From a virus (lineage: Duplodnaviria > Caudoviricetes): a stretch of 61,073 nucleotides of DNA. Shown one piece after another: positions 9,881 through 20,413 of this stretch. The stretch's first letter is position 1. Each line of letters begins with the position of its first letter. Under the pieces are notes generated by a model that did no database searches, had not been told where the DNA came from, and was given only the letters and a program-made list of their open reading frames with translations. A program made the translations under genes and the position numbers. The stretch lies in IMG/VR virus record IMGVR_UViG_3300022747_000019, positions 1 through 61,073 of that record; one strand, 5' to 3'.

Positions 9881-11863
9881 TTAAGATAGTGTACCCCACT
9901 TGTATGCGCTAACGCCGTTACCAAGGTTAGTAGTAACTTGAGTCATGCCAGTACGTAGAGACGCAACTAGAACACGACGCTGAGTTTCAACTAGCTCTTG
10001 AGTATCCATACGTAGGCCACGTTGGTTACCAGCCATGAAGTTACCTGGAGCGAAAGCGATCGCGCCGGTAGTACCAGTACCCTTAGAAGCGAATTCTGCG
10101 GAAACTAGAACTGGGCTGTTACCGATCTGACCAACTTGGCCAGTTAGTAAAGTAGCCTGAGGACCAACTTGGTTCATTGTCTGGAATGTGCTGTCATCTA
10201 ATAGGTCGTAGTAGACTTCTGTAGAAACAACATAAACAACTTCAGCTGGGTCTAGACCCCATGCACCTAGGTTCTTACGTAGGTTGCGTAGGTTAGCGAT
10301 AGTAGCAACTGTAGAAGCTGCAGCACCGTTAGCGGAAGTTACGTTGGCAGTAGCGTAAGAAGCTAAGCCTTTAACTGGGTCTGCACCAGAACCAGCACCT
10401 AGAAGATAAGCGCGGTCAACAGAACGTGCTAGACGACGGATCATAGCATCGCGAACGATAGGCATAATGACCAATAGGCTGTCTTCTTCTTCTTCGTAGT
10501 TTAGATATTCTTTAGTCGCTACTTTGTAAGCGTTTAAAGTAATTTCTTTTAGAGCGTGTGGGCTGCCAGAACCTGGAGTTTGACCAGTAGTAGCAGTTGT
10601 ACCGCCAGAACTGTTTGCACCACCGAAATCGCTGTTAACAACCCAGCTTGCTAAACCAGCTTCAGGGTTTAGAGGCATAGTCATAACGTTAGTCTTCATG
10701 TTAACTGCGCGAACTAGCGGAGCAACGACTAAACGACGACGAACTTCAGCTTCCATGTTTGTAGAAACTTCTAGTTCCCATGTAGCGCTTGGCATGTGTT
10801 GGCCAGTTTTTTCGATCATTTGTTGACCGAACTTAGTGTCTTGAATAGACTTGCCAGCAATCTTAGCTAGCATAACTGCTTTTTCACGTTCTGCATAGTC
10901 AGAACCAGCAGCAGTACCTTTGTCAGCGAAAGCCATCTTGCTAGCTTGTAACTTAGCAATTTCGTCAGCCTTCTCTTTTAGAGTAGCTTGTAGGCCGTCT
11001 AGAACGCTCTTAGACTCAGCAGCCTGGTCTTCGAAACGCTTAGTAACTTCAGCTAGAAGCTTTTCAGCACCGCTTTGGCCAACTTGGATTTGTGCTTCAA
11101 CAGCACTTTTAACTTTAGCGTCTAGCTCAGCTTGAGCCTTAGCAGCAGCCTCAGCAGCAGCTTTTTCTGCAGCTTGATTGGCTAGTAATTTTTGGGTAGC
11201 TTCTTCAGCGGCCTTAGCAGCAGCGTCAGCAAGCATTTTTTGCATTTCTTCTGGAGTCATGTCCAATTCCTTTGTTGTTGTGCTCTTTGCTTCCGTTGTG
11301 GATTCTAGCCCTTTAGCTGAGTCGCCTTTGGGTGCAAATTGCTGTTTAAACTGTTTATAGTCCGAGTCATTTTCAAATGCTTTGGACAGATCGAATAGAG
11401 TATTTTGATTGCAAGGCACAGAAACTACCGAAATTTCGACAAGTTCAAGTTCCTTAATAACAAACACCTCTGCAGCGCTATTGTATTCTGCATCAAGGAT
11501 GCGGAAACCAATACTGAATGCTGTTAAAACTTTGTCTTTAATAAGACCAAATACTTCCTCAGCAGCTGAAGAAATACGGGCTTTTACCCACAAACCTTTA
11601 TCATCCACTTTATAATCAGTCATGCGTCCGATAGGATCATCATAATCATGCTGAGATAAAATAATTGGATTCTTAAGGTAATTTTGAATACCTTTCTCCC
11701 AAACGGACTTAGGTACAACGTCACCGCTTCTATCAATATCTGTAGTACTTGCGTAACCTTCAATAAAGATAGATTCGATGCCGCTGTCTCCGCTGGCAGG
11801 TAAGGCTTTTTCATTCACGGCAAAAGCACTATTTAATCGTAGTACTTTGTTTTTATCTACCAT
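9881..11863 (-). CDS. Prohead protease fused in frame to HK97-fold major capsid protein
   Basis: N-terminal IEGYAST...HDYDDPIG...FSIGF...LVEISVVSVPCN (HK97 protease), then coiled-coil delta domain and capsid; internal SD + ATG at 11260. Confidence 0.9.
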   Translation of the reverse strand: MVDKNKVLRLNSAFAVNEKALPASGDSGIESIFIEGYASTTDIDRSGDVVPKSVWEKGIQNYLKNPIILSQHDYDDPIGRMTDYKVDDKGLWVKARISSAAEEVFGLIKDKVLTAFSIGFRILDAEYNSAAEVFVIKELELVEISVVSVPCNQNTLFDLSKAFENDSDYKQFKQQFAPKGDSAKGLESTTEAKSTTTKELDMTPEEMQKMLADAAAKAAEEATQKLLANQAAEKAAAEAAAKAQAELDAKVKSAVEAQIQVGQSGAEKLLAEVTKRFEDQAAESKSVLDGLQATLKEKADEIAKLQASKMAFADKGTAAGSDYAEREKAVMLAKIAGKSIQDTKFGQQMIEKTGQHMPSATWELEVSTNMEAEVRRRLVVAPLVRAVNMKTNVMTMPLNPEAGLASWVVNSDFGGANSSGGTTATTGQTPGSGSPHALKEITLNAYKVATKEYLNYEEEEDSLLVIMPIVRDAMIRRLARSVDRAYLLGAGSGADPVKGLASYATANVTSANGAAASTVATIANLRNLRKNLGAWGLDPAEVVYVVSTEVYYDLLDDSTFQTMNQVGPQATLLTGQVGQIGNSPVLVSAEFASKGTGTTGAIAFAPGNFMAGNQRGLRMDTQELVETQRRVLVASLRTGMTQVTTNLGNGVSAYKWGTLS

Positions 11864-11878
11864 GTAGTTTCCTTACTT

Positions 11879-13087
11879 TTACGCGCTCTTACCACCGGTT
11901 GGTTCCTTAGGTTTAGGAGGCGCTCCTCCTTGACTCGGATTCGACGCAGAACCCGCAATATTCGCTGGAATTCTTAAATCATCGTTTCCTGGTTTGCTTT
12001 CGTAACGTAGCTGCTCACGAGCTTCGTTAGGGGATATGATACCAGCATTTACTAATGTTGAGTGATATGCTGCAACGTCTTTTAGTTCAGGCTGCAATGC
12101 AGATACTGAAGACGTAACTGGCTCAATGTCATATCCGTAAAATCTTTCAACAGCACTAGCAAACTTAGTTAAAATCGGCATAACCGTTTCTAGATAGAAT
12201 AAACGTAAGTTAGGTGCGATGTTAGCGTTATTGCCACCGTCTAATAAGATTGGTGGTACGCCTAAAGCTTTTAAAATCTTGCTATCATGAGTTTTGATAC
12301 TTTGATCAAAATCCATCTCTTGGAAGGTATCAGCAATATTTGCTGCAGGCTTTAAGCCACTATCCAAAATCATGGGCTTACGAGCACCATTCTTTGGAGA
12401 GTATTTACTCATCCAGTTAGCTACTGTACGATCTTTTGCAACTTGCGACAAAGTATTATCGCTAGTTAAGATTAATCCGGTAACTGCTCCGTTCTCGAAG
12501 AATTGCTCTTGGAACGTTTGCATTTTGTATAAGATCTTAATATTACGATCAGCACTTACTAATCGTGAGGTACCGCGATAGATGCTGGTAGCTGCTAGAT
12601 CTTTTACATGAATAATTTCGTCTGGTTTGAAAACGATTGTCGTATTATAACGATAGTGCGCTATAAACGTTTTAGGGTCGGTTTCAATCTGAACACGAGA
12701 AGCAGGAAGATGATACAAATAAACTCCATCCCAATATATGAAGATATTACCTTCTAGGATGAAGTCAGTGAAAATGTTCGTTCTGAACTCTTGTGCACTT
12801 TGATACGGGTTAGGTGCAAAGTTAAGTAGTGTGTTAATCGTCTTTTGACGAACACCGCTTACGCGACCTTCTATCTTTTTATCTTTTACATCGTAATCCA
12901 TGCTTGCGCATCCGGATACGATCATATTAACGCCACGGTTTACAGTTTCTAGCTTTTCGAACGCTTGATTGTAAGTAATCGCTGAATCGGAGTTAATGAA
13001 AACACCTTGTTCGCGACTAATTAGCTGCTGCGCTGGATTAAGCTTCTCGGAATCAGCAAACCATGTTCTTGGATTATACCAACTCAT
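11879..13087 (-). CDS. Portal protein (HK97 family)
   Basis: PNPYQS, FFENGA, LGVPPILL, ISPNEAR motifs. Confidence 0.93.
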   Translation of the reverse strand: MSWYNPRTWFADSEKLNPAQQLISREQGVFINSDSAITYNQAFEKLETVNRGVNMIVSGCASMDYDVKDKKIEGRVSGVRQKTINTLLNFAPNPYQSAQEFRTNIFTDFILEGNIFIYWDGVYLYHLPASRVQIETDPKTFIAHYRYNTTIVFKPDEIIHVKDLAATSIYRGTSRLVSADRNIKILYKMQTFQEQFFENGAVTGLILTSDNTLSQVAKDRTVANWMSKYSPKNGARKPMILDSGLKPAANIADTFQEMDFDQSIKTHDSKILKALGVPPILLDGGNNANIAPNLRLFYLETVMPILTKFASAVERFYGYDIEPVTSSVSALQPELKDVAAYHSTLVNAGIISPNEAREQLRYESKPGNDDLRIPANIAGSASNPSQGGAPPKPKEPTGGKSA

Positions 13088-13096
13088 GAGTTTCCT

Positions 13097-13519
13097 TTAC
13101 AAGAATTTACCAAATAGCGAAATAGAGCTCTTTTCAGGAACTTTACCCTCTGCTTTGGCTTTTTGTTTCTCAATCCAATTTTTCTGTCGTTCCTCGCTAC
13201 CAGGAGCAGGAGCTTTTCCGTAAACACTGTGTAAAGCTACATGATGCTTGTTGCACAGTGTGTACACCAAATCATATAACTCAATTTTATGCTCCGCAAT
13301 AAACTCGTCCCTAACAGCTAAAATTCCGTCGTCCGTACTTATATCGTAACCTTTACGATCAGCCCAACGATTCAACAGTATAGTAATGGAGTGAAGATGA
13401 TGCAGCTCCAGATCTTCTGTCTTGCCACATACGTAACAATGCGACTGTTTCTCATAGGCTGCTTTGGCTTTATCCCTGATCCATTTTACAGGGATACGAT
13501 TATTAGTATTTTTAGCCAT
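13097..13519 (-). CDS. HNH nicking endonuclease (T5-like, next to portal)
   Basis: CYVCG...LELHH...TLCNKHH; synteny. Confidence 0.8.
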   Translation of the reverse strand: MAKNTNNRIPVKWIRDKAKAAYEKQSHCYVCGKTEDLELHHLHSITILLNRWADRKGYDISTDDGILAVRDEFIAEHKIELYDLVYTLCNKHHVALHSVYGKAPAPGSEERQKNWIEKQKAKAEGKVPEKSSISLFGKFL

Positions 13520-13645
13520 TTATTTTTTAGGCACGTTTTTGCAATTCTTCATATTATATCACTGGAGCAGCATAATGTCAACTACGAAATTTTTTTATCT
13601 GGTAAGAAATACAAAGTTGAACTAGCCTGGCTAATATGATAAAAT

Positions 13646-14248
13646 ATGTTTTTAATTAAGGAAAATATGACCTCTGGAATCTATAGATTAACATTTTCAT
13701 CAGGTAAATACTACGTAGGTAAATCCCTTGATATTGACACTAGATGGAAGCAACACTTTAACAAGTTCGCGCTAGGCAAGGCTGCGCGACCTATGCAACT
13801 TGAGTTCGACCGATGCGGGCCACCCAAAACTGAGGTACTTTTTGAGTGCCACAAAGACCATATCGACATTCTAGAAGAGTGGCTGATTGATCAACTTAAG
13901 GGTCCGGATATGCTTAATACTACATATCCGGATATTGTCCGTACCGAGGCAATCGCGGACATTATTAACACCAACACAGGTGAGCTACAGCTTAGTACTT
14001 GGGAGCACCTTGAACTTATTCAAAACTATAAAGTTATTGCGGATGAAGCTATTAAACTTTCCAAGCGATGGGAGGATAAGGTTCAAGAGTACAAAAAAGA
14101 CGGCTATATCATTGACGCAGACTACGAAGACGCGGTCGATGTTGCAGCTAGATACCACACAGAAGCCATAGAGTACAAAGACGAACTCACCAGACTTAAA
14201 AACCTAAACTGGTGGGAACGTCTATTCAATTATAGTGTAAACGTATAA
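13646..14248 (+). CDS. GIY-YIG endonuclease-like protein (probable start 13667)
   Basis: SGIYRLTFSSGKYYVGKS...RWKQH; antisense to the flanking late genes. Confidence 0.7.
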   Translation: MFLIKENMTSGIYRLTFSSGKYYVGKSLDIDTRWKQHFNKFALGKAARPMQLEFDRCGPPKTEVLFECHKDHIDILEEWLIDQLKGPDMLNTTYPDIVRTEAIADIINTNTGELQLSTWEHLELIQNYKVIADEAIKLSKRWEDKVQEYKKDGYIIDADYEDAVDVAARYHTEAIEYKDELTRLKNLNWWERLFNYSVNV

Positions 14249-15531
14249 AGTGCGTATCTTAACGCGTCAGCCATGTGAGAGAACTCATCATGTAGAGGCT
14301 TCTCAGTAGTTAGGGTCTCTTTAGTATCCCAGCGATACTGATCCAACATAGCCAGGGTATGGCTGCAGTGGGGTGAAACCACTAAACGACCAGTTTCTAC
14401 TAATGTTTGCACATAGGCGATTCCAGGCAGAACGTCTTTCTTCGCCTTTATAGTTGCTATATCGTAAAGATAAGCTAAGTCCGACGCAAACTGTGGCGCT
14501 GCGGAGTCGATGAAGATAGGGTCGATTGCCCATTTTGCTATTAGCTCCTGAAATGCAACTGCATGTTTATCTGTGGTCGCCTCTGACTTTAAGTACTCGT
14601 CTACAACGTGGTACTTGTCAACCGAAGGTTGGTATACCACAACCACGAAAGCCGTAGGGTCTCGGTATCCGGGGTCGCAACCGGCAATGGCTTCATCACC
14701 ATCACACGGTACGTAATCCATAACTTGAGTTTCTGCATCCAACGCATAAATCTGACCCTGGAACGTTGTAAACGAAGCCATGTACTCTTGCTCAAACTCG
14801 GCTTTCGACATAGCCTTACGAGCTTCTGCAACGTCCGATTCAGCCATACGAGCATTCTCAGTATAGTCAGCAGTAATCGAACACCACTCAGGGAAGTCAC
14901 TAGAAAATCCACGCTCAAAGAATCGACTAAACCAATTATTCTTACCACGAGGTGTACTAATAAAGATAGCTTTAGAATTAGGTTTATCTAGAGTAGGACG
15001 CAGAGCAACGTTAAACGCAGCTTCTCCATCGGCTCCTAGTGCAGCCTCATCAAAGATAATCAGGTCATACGAACGACCAACACACGAGTCAACAGTCGAC
15101 AACGAACCCATACGAATAGTCGATCCATTCGAAAGTTCAATAATTCTGTCCTTTAAGTTATCTCGGGCAATTTCTAAGTCGAAATGCTTAATCAATCTAC
15201 GCTGAAGCTCAAAAGAAATAGTACTAAGATTATAGTTAGGCGAAATAATAAGTACGTTAGCACCAGGCACTAAGGTGACAAGCTGTCCAATAACGTTTGC
15301 AATGTATGTTTTACCCAATCGGCGAGCTAGTGCAGCACAAACAAAACGATACTTAGGGTCGTTTACGGCATTAATTAAAGCAATCTGAGGCTCGTTAATA
15401 GTTTCCCAAATATTCAACAACTTTAGGTAGTTGGTAATAGGTAACTTAATAAAGCGCTTATCTGCTGGAAATTCACGTATAGCACTACGTTCAACATCAG
15501 GTCTAGAGATAGTTAACATCTTACGAAGCAT
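14230..15531 (-). CDS. terL: Terminase large subunit
   Basis: Walker A ARRLGKT, Walker B LIIFDEAA, ISTPRGKN, C-terminal HMADALRY. Confidence 0.95.
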   Translation of the reverse strand: MLRKMLTISRPDVERSAIREFPADKRFIKLPITNYLKLLNIWETINEPQIALINAVNDPKYRFVCAALARRLGKTYIANVIGQLVTLVPGANVLIISPNYNLSTISFELQRRLIKHFDLEIARDNLKDRIIELSNGSTIRMGSLSTVDSCVGRSYDLIIFDEAALGADGEAAFNVALRPTLDKPNSKAIFISTPRGKNNWFSRFFERGFSSDFPEWCSITADYTENARMAESDVAEARKAMSKAEFEQEYMASFTTFQGQIYALDAETQVMDYVPCDGDEAIAGCDPGYRDPTAFVVVVYQPSVDKYHVVDEYLKSEATTDKHAVAFQELIAKWAIDPIFIDSAAPQFASDLAYLYDIATIKAKKDVLPGIAYVQTLVETGRLVVSPHCSHTLAMLDQYRWDTKETLTTEKPLHDEFSHMADALRYALYTFTL

Positions 15532-16048
15532 CTCCAGTTAGTAATTTACTAATAAGGGCACCATACTTAGTACCATCACCTAAACCGTCATTAATCTGAA
15601 CGTTCACTTGAGACTTGATTGCCGCAGCTTGGTTACCTTGACGCAATTTTTCAAGTGCGATTTCTTTGTCGAGCATTTCCATCGTCATCTTATGTGATAG
15701 CGCGATCAAATCGGTAATATCTTTATTTGAACCAGTTTCGGATTCCGACATATCTTCAAGTTTTTTCTTGATAAGCGTATCCATCAAATCGCGCATACGA
15801 AAACGATTGTTGAAACCAACTTCATAGAAAACTTGGTTAACATATGCTTTGATCTCATTTCGGGCAAGTGTGCGAGTTACAAAGTCCAGAGGCACATCGA
15901 GGGCGTCAGCGACTTTTTGGGAATCTTGTAATTCCAGGAAACAATTGGCTATCTCCAGATTTTCGGGGGAGATTTGTAAGGCTTCAGCGGGAGCCTGAGT
16001 TGCGGGTAAATTTGACATAGGTGTAATCCTTTTATGGAAGTATATCAC
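15521..16048 (-). CDS. terS: Terminase small subunit (probable start about 16018)
   Basis: Upstream of terL; ISPENLEI...GFNNRF...KDITDL resembles T5 TerS. Confidence 0.75.
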   Translation of the reverse strand: MIYFHKRITPMSNLPATQAPAEALQISPENLEIANCFLELQDSQKVADALDVPLDFVTRTLARNEIKAYVNQVFYEVGFNNRFRMRDLMDTLIKKKLEDMSESETGSNKDITDLIALSHKMTMEMLDKEIALEKLRQGNQAAAIKSQVNVQINDGLGDGTKYGALISKLLTGDAS

Positions 16049-16335
16049 TTAGGGACAGCTGTGTGCAAGTTGATTTTTTGTGGGGAGGTTTGGGACGATT
16101 TGGGCAGTTTAGGGACGATTTGGGTGGTCTGCTATGTAATGGCACCTTAGTCGTTTTGAAATTATTTTGGTGTAACTTACGTGTGGTGGTGCCTTATAGC
16201 GTGTGTATACTTATTAGTCAATTAACCGCCCCCCATAGTATAGTCTATTGTGGTGTATCTGTCAATAGGGGTAAACACCTAGAAAATAATTTAATAAATG
16301 CTTGCACGACTGGAATTCTTTGATATAATAAACAC

Positions 16336-16500
16336 ATGACAACGAAACAACAAGCTGAACAAGCAATCCTCGCACATGATCCCAAAGCGTGGGGTATTTG
16401 CAACACTGGCGGTAATTATTTTATGGCCAGTGTTGGGCGATGCACTGCATATTATGTTATAATTGACGGACAGATTGTAGGAGATGTTTGGTATGAATAA
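16336..16500 (+). CDS. Small pre-early protein (54 aa)
   Basis: Hand-translated ORF MTTKQQAEQAILAHDPKAWG... after a TTGCAC..TATAAT promoter. Confidence 0.5.
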   Translation: MTTKQQAEQAILAHDPKAWGICNTGGNYFMASVGRCTAYYVIIDGQIVGDVWYE

Positions 16501-16604
16501 AAAAGAATTTTTCGATGCACTTGGGTTTGCGGCTTGCATTGCCCTGCCCTTTGTGTTATACTTTGTTTTTGTGATGAAACCTTAACTTTTTAGGAGAAAA
16601 TGAA

Positions 16605-16928
16605 ATGACTACAAAAGCTGTGAATTATACCGCCGAACAAACGGCGAAGATGGTTACCGACTATGCCAACGGCGTGACCGTTGAAGCTATGGCTAAAGAA
16701 CTGGGTAAATCTGTTCGCTCTATCGTTGCGAAACTTTCACGCGAAAAGGTTTACAAAGCTAAGGCATACGTTAGCAAGACTGGCGAGGCCGTGGTTAAAA
16801 AGGACGAATGGGCTGATTACATTGGCGAGGCTTTGGGCTTGGCTGAAGCTGATACCGATTCGCTGACAAAAGCAAATAAAAATGCACTGAAGGCAATCGC
16901 TGACTTTATCAAGACTGAAAAGACTTGA
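16605..16928 (+). CDS. T5 A2-like DNA-binding protein, paralog 1
   Basis: NYTAEQT...RSIVAKLSRE.VYK...SLTKANK, resembling T5 A2. Confidence 0.7.
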   Translation: MTTKAVNYTAEQTAKMVTDYANGVTVEAMAKELGKSVRSIVAKLSREKVYKAKAYVSKTGEAVVKKDEWADYIGEALGLAEADTDSLTKANKNALKAIADFIKTEKT

Positions 16929-17109
16929 CAATAAGGGCTTCGGCCCTTATAATTTAATCTTTCACCGGAGAATTTAAAATGAAAAAATGGGCTTATATTG
17001 TTATATATATGGGTAAGGCTGTAGGGGCTGGAACTCTGGCCGCTGACCGTGAAACATTCATCACTTCACGGCTTGGCAAAATGTACGGCAGAAAATCCCA
17101 AGGCTTTTC

Positions 17110-17493
17110 ATGGATTATCCGGGAGATGTTGTAATGATTAAATCGGCTGAAATGCGTTTGTTCCAATTGATTTTACAAGATGAATTCAAGCTAAAATCAC
17201 GGGTTAACTTTGTGAAAACAAAGATACTACGTTTTGACGGTGATTCGTGCATGGGTATGTATGAGGGCGAATCAATGGGCAAAAACAAATTTAATCATAA
17301 AATCAGAATCGCCACTTCTGAGGTTAAGACTAGCGAAGACTTATTTTCTACATTAGCGCATGAATATGTTCACGCTTGGCAAATGGAAAAGGGCAAAGAC
17401 TTAGACCACGATACAAAATCAGGTTTTGTTAATTGGCGTAATTATTTCAAGGCTTATTATAATTCTGATATTGTTTCATTTGGCAGGGTGTAA
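17110..17493 (+). CDS. HExxH zincin-like metallopeptidase
   Basis: TLAHEYVHAWQ plus a downstream His. Confidence 0.6.
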   Translation: MDYPGDVVMIKSAEMRLFQLILQDEFKLKSRVNFVKTKILRFDGDSCMGMYEGESMGKNKFNHKIRIATSEVKTSEDLFSTLAHEYVHAWQMEKGKDLDHDTKSGFVNWRNYFKAYYNSDIVSFGRV

Positions 17494-17581
17494 TACCTTT
17501 GTTTGCAAAACGAAATGAGAAACAAAAGTTCTCATTTTCGTGCGCCAAAATTATAACATATAATTTTGGGGCGTGTCAAGG
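17491..17581 (-). repeat. Palindrome plus consensus minus-strand promoter unit, copy 1
   Basis: Shares GCGCCAAAATTATA...GTGTCAAG with 19554-19642 and 20802-20890; palindrome degenerate here. Confidence 0.75.
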
Positions 17582-17799
17582 GTTTTTCGATTAATTTTTT
17601 CAATCACGGCGATAGATATTTTCAATGATGAAATTGTGCATAGGGGCGAAAAATGCGCTATAATCTAGGCATGAAAACGAAATACACTGAACAACAAATT
17701 TCACGGTTTCACCGATTCTGTGATCGTCACGGGCTTGCGTTCGCTACAATTAGCGAGTATAATGGCGCTATCGAACAATTTTTTTCTGAGGACTGAAAA

Positions 17800-18276
17800 A
17801 TGGCTAAAATCAATCGCGTGGCAGTTTATGACATGGACGGCACAATTGTAGATTCTTCGCATCGTTATCGCACAATCACGGACGAAAACGGCGAACGAAT
17901 CGACCTTGATTATTGGCGCGAAAACGAACACCTAGCAATGAATGACGGACTTTTGCCCATGTTCGAACAATATCGGGCAGACCTTGCAGACGAAAACTGT
18001 TATGTGATTATTGCAACTGCGCGGGTTATGAATGCCCCAGATTGGCAATTTGTCAAGGAAATTTTGGGTGAACCTGATTATTTTATTAGCCGAAAATCAG
18101 GCGATACACAATCAGGGAAAACCCTTAAAATCAACGGCTTGGCAAAATTCTTCAATTTGGTTACATTCAAAAACGCGGATTTTGTTTTTTATGAGGACAA
18201 TGTAAGCTATTTGAAAGCCGTTTGTGATCGGTTCAAAATTCGAGGCGTTTACATTCCATCGGTTCAAGGCCACTAA
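17800..18276 (+). CDS. HAD-family phosphatase (PNKP/nucleotidase-like)
   Basis: DMDGT motif I, ATAR motif II, Lys motif III, YEDN motif IV. Confidence 0.75.
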   Translation: MAKINRVAVYDMDGTIVDSSHRYRTITDENGERIDLDYWRENEHLAMNDGLLPMFEQYRADLADENCYVIIATARVMNAPDWQFVKEILGEPDYFISRKSGDTQSGKTLKINGLAKFFNLVTFKNADFVFYEDNVSYLKAVCDRFKIRGVYIPSVQGH

Positions 18277-18310
18277 AAAATTTTTTAGGATTCTGGCAAA
18301 ATCCTAAAAT

Positions 18311-19084
18311 TTGGTGTATAATAACTTCATTGTCGCAAAACGTGACAATCAGCGAATTCCGACTGTATCGGTAATTGGAAACAAAATGGCTAAAAAACAA
18401 TTCTTCGCAATTCTGGACACTGAAACCACGATTAATGACACCGTGGCAGATTTTGCGATTATTATCGTTGACCGTGAAGGCACGATTTACAACCAATGCG
18501 CGGTTTTGGTGAAAGACCACTTCGATAAAATGGAATTGTTCCACGATAAAAATGCTAATGATATCTGGGGTTATGGTGGACTGATTAAACGCAAAGCCGC
18601 ATATGATAATATGCTTGATAATGGCGTCAGAATGTTGGCTTCTACTAATGCCATTAATAAATGGATTAATCAGGCAATTGGCAAATATAACCCAACTCTT
18701 ACCGCATATAATCTGGCTTTTGATAAATCAAAATGTGCCAATACTGGAATTGATCTTTCGGGTTTTAATTCTGAATTTTGTTTGTGGCAAGCGGCAATCG
18801 GCAATATTTGCAATAAAAAGCAATTTAAACAATTTGCCCTTGATAATCACGCTTTTAATAATGTTACATCGCATGGCAATATGACATTTAAAACTAATGC
18901 CGAAATTGTTTGCGGTTTTATTAATGGCGAATTTAAAACCGAACCGCATACGGCATTTGAAGACGCAAAAGATTTTGAATTGCCGATTCTCACCGCGATT
19001 ATTAAAAAGCGTGATTGGCGCGATAATATCAAGCCTTATAACTGGAAAGAATTTCAAACCAAAAACCATTTTAAACCGATGTAA
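18311..19084 (+). CDS. DEDDh (DnaQ-like) 3'-5' exonuclease (probable start 18386)
   Basis: ILDTET, AYNLAFD, HTAFEDA motifs. Confidence 0.8.
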   Translation: MVYNNFIVAKRDNQRIPTVSVIGNKMAKKQFFAILDTETTINDTVADFAIIIVDREGTIYNQCAVLVKDHFDKMELFHDKNANDIWGYGGLIKRKAAYDNMLDNGVRMLASTNAINKWINQAIGKYNPTLTAYNLAFDKSKCANTGIDLSGFNSEFCLWQAAIGNICNKKQFKQFALDNHAFNNVTSHGNMTFKTNAEIVCGFINGEFKTEPHTAFEDAKDFELPILTAIIKKRDWRDNIKPYNWKEFQTKNHFKPM

Positions 19085-19241
19085 AATATAATCGGGGCTA
19101 ATAACCCCGATTATTTGAGAAAATGAAAACTTTTTGGGTTATCGCGCTTGTGTTGCATTTATACAACGACAAAAAATTAAATGATGAATTTCAGGTTAAT
19201 GCGTGTTATAATGTGCCAACGGTAGACGAAATTTATAGGGG

Positions 19242-19505
19242 TTGAAAATGGAAAATATCGGCTGGCTTGGTTCTGTATTATTGGCATTTTGTGGACTGCC
19301 ACAGGCCATAGAATCATTTAAAACTAAAAATTCAGACGGGTTAACGTGGGGTTTTTTGCTAATGTGGTTCTGGGGCGAGGTGTTTACGTTTGTTTACGTT
19401 TTCCCGACCATGCTGTTACCTTTGGTTTTCAATTATACGGCTAATCTGATTTTTCTTGTAATTATTTTGTATTTCAAAATAAAACCCGCGAGAAATAAAA
19501 GTTAA
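19242..19505 (+). CDS. PQ-loop / SemiSWEET-like membrane protein
   Basis: Three hydrophobic segments; GLPQAIESFKTKNSDGLT. Confidence 0.7.
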   Translation: MKMENIGWLGSVLLAFCGLPQAIESFKTKNSDGLTWGFLLMWFWGEVFTFVYVFPTMLLPLVFNYTANLIFLVIILYFKIKPARNKS

Positions 19506-19553
19506 CATTTTCTAACCCGCTTCGGCGGGTTATTTTTTGGCCAAAATAAAATG

Positions 19554-19642
19554 TAATACTTTTGTTTTCAGATAAAATTGAAAACAAAAGTATTACTTTT
19601 GGGGCGCCAAAATTATAACATATAATTTTGGCCGGTGTCAAG
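19554..19642 (-). repeat. Palindrome plus consensus minus-strand promoter unit, copy 2
   Basis: TAATACTTTTGTTTTCA..TGAAAACAAAAGTATTA inverted repeat, then TTGACA..TGnTATAAT on the minus strand. Confidence 0.8.
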
Positions 19643-19691
19643 GAATTTTTTATAACATATTTTTTGTGGGGTTATTATTTTTTGGTCTTTT

Positions 19692-20087
19692 TTGGTGTAT
19701 AATTTCCACATGGACAAGCAAACACTAATTAAGATTTTGAACCGCGAAGCCGTAGCGGTTTGGGATAGCCTGAGCGAGATTTATCCGGCTTTGGTGCAAT
19801 ACGATTGCCCCAAAATTATTTTGAATGGTAGGCTTTGGCGCGTGGCTGGCTATTGTGACCAACCGCAAAACGTGATAGAATTGGGATATAAATTTTTTAC
19901 CAATGGTAAAAAATACGCAAATAACATGATTGACGTTATTTTACCACATGAGATAATTCACCAAGCCGACTACAATTTATTTGGCAATTCTGAAAAAATT
20001 TGTGGACATGGCGAAAACTGGTGTAAAATTATGGTACAATATGGACTCAAACCCGAACCCTTTCACACAATGGACATTAAACGATGA
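19692..20087 (+). CDS. SprT-like metalloprotease
   Basis: AG.C...I.L, ILPHEIIH, HGENW motifs. Confidence 0.75.
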   Translation: MVYNFHMDKQTLIKILNREAVAVWDSLSEIYPALVQYDCPKIILNGRLWRVAGYCDQPQNVIELGYKFFTNGKKYANNMIDVILPHEIIHQADYNLFGNSEKICGHGENWCKIMVQYGLKPEPFHTMDIKR

Positions 20088-20178
20088 TTGAGAATAAATT
20101 TTTTGTTGCTTGGTGTATTTTTACCCTTGTTTATGCTATAATCGTTGGAATGATAGAATTTTACAAGGATTTTATAAA

Positions 20179-20394
20179 ATGACAAATAAAATTTCATGGC
20201 TTGGCACAATCGCCTCAATTATCGGGGCTTTTGTTGTCGCTTCACAATTGTTTTTTGTGGGCTATTGCTTTTTTATCGTGGGTTCTGTATCATGGCTTAT
20301 CGTGGGTTTTGCCCGCCGTGACAAAAGCCTGATCGTTTTGAATGGTACTTTTTTTGTTGCGAATTTGCTAGGTTTGGCGAATTCTGTGGTATAA
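20179..20394 (+). CDS. Small multi-pass membrane protein
   Basis: MTNKISWLGT... with three hydrophobic segments after an AAGGA RBS. Confidence 0.55.
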   Translation: MTNKISWLGTIASIIGAFVVASQLFFVGYCFFIVGSVSWLIVGFARRDKSLIVLNGTFFVANLLGLANSVV

Positions 20395-20413
20395 TTAATT
20401 TTTTAAAGGAGCT

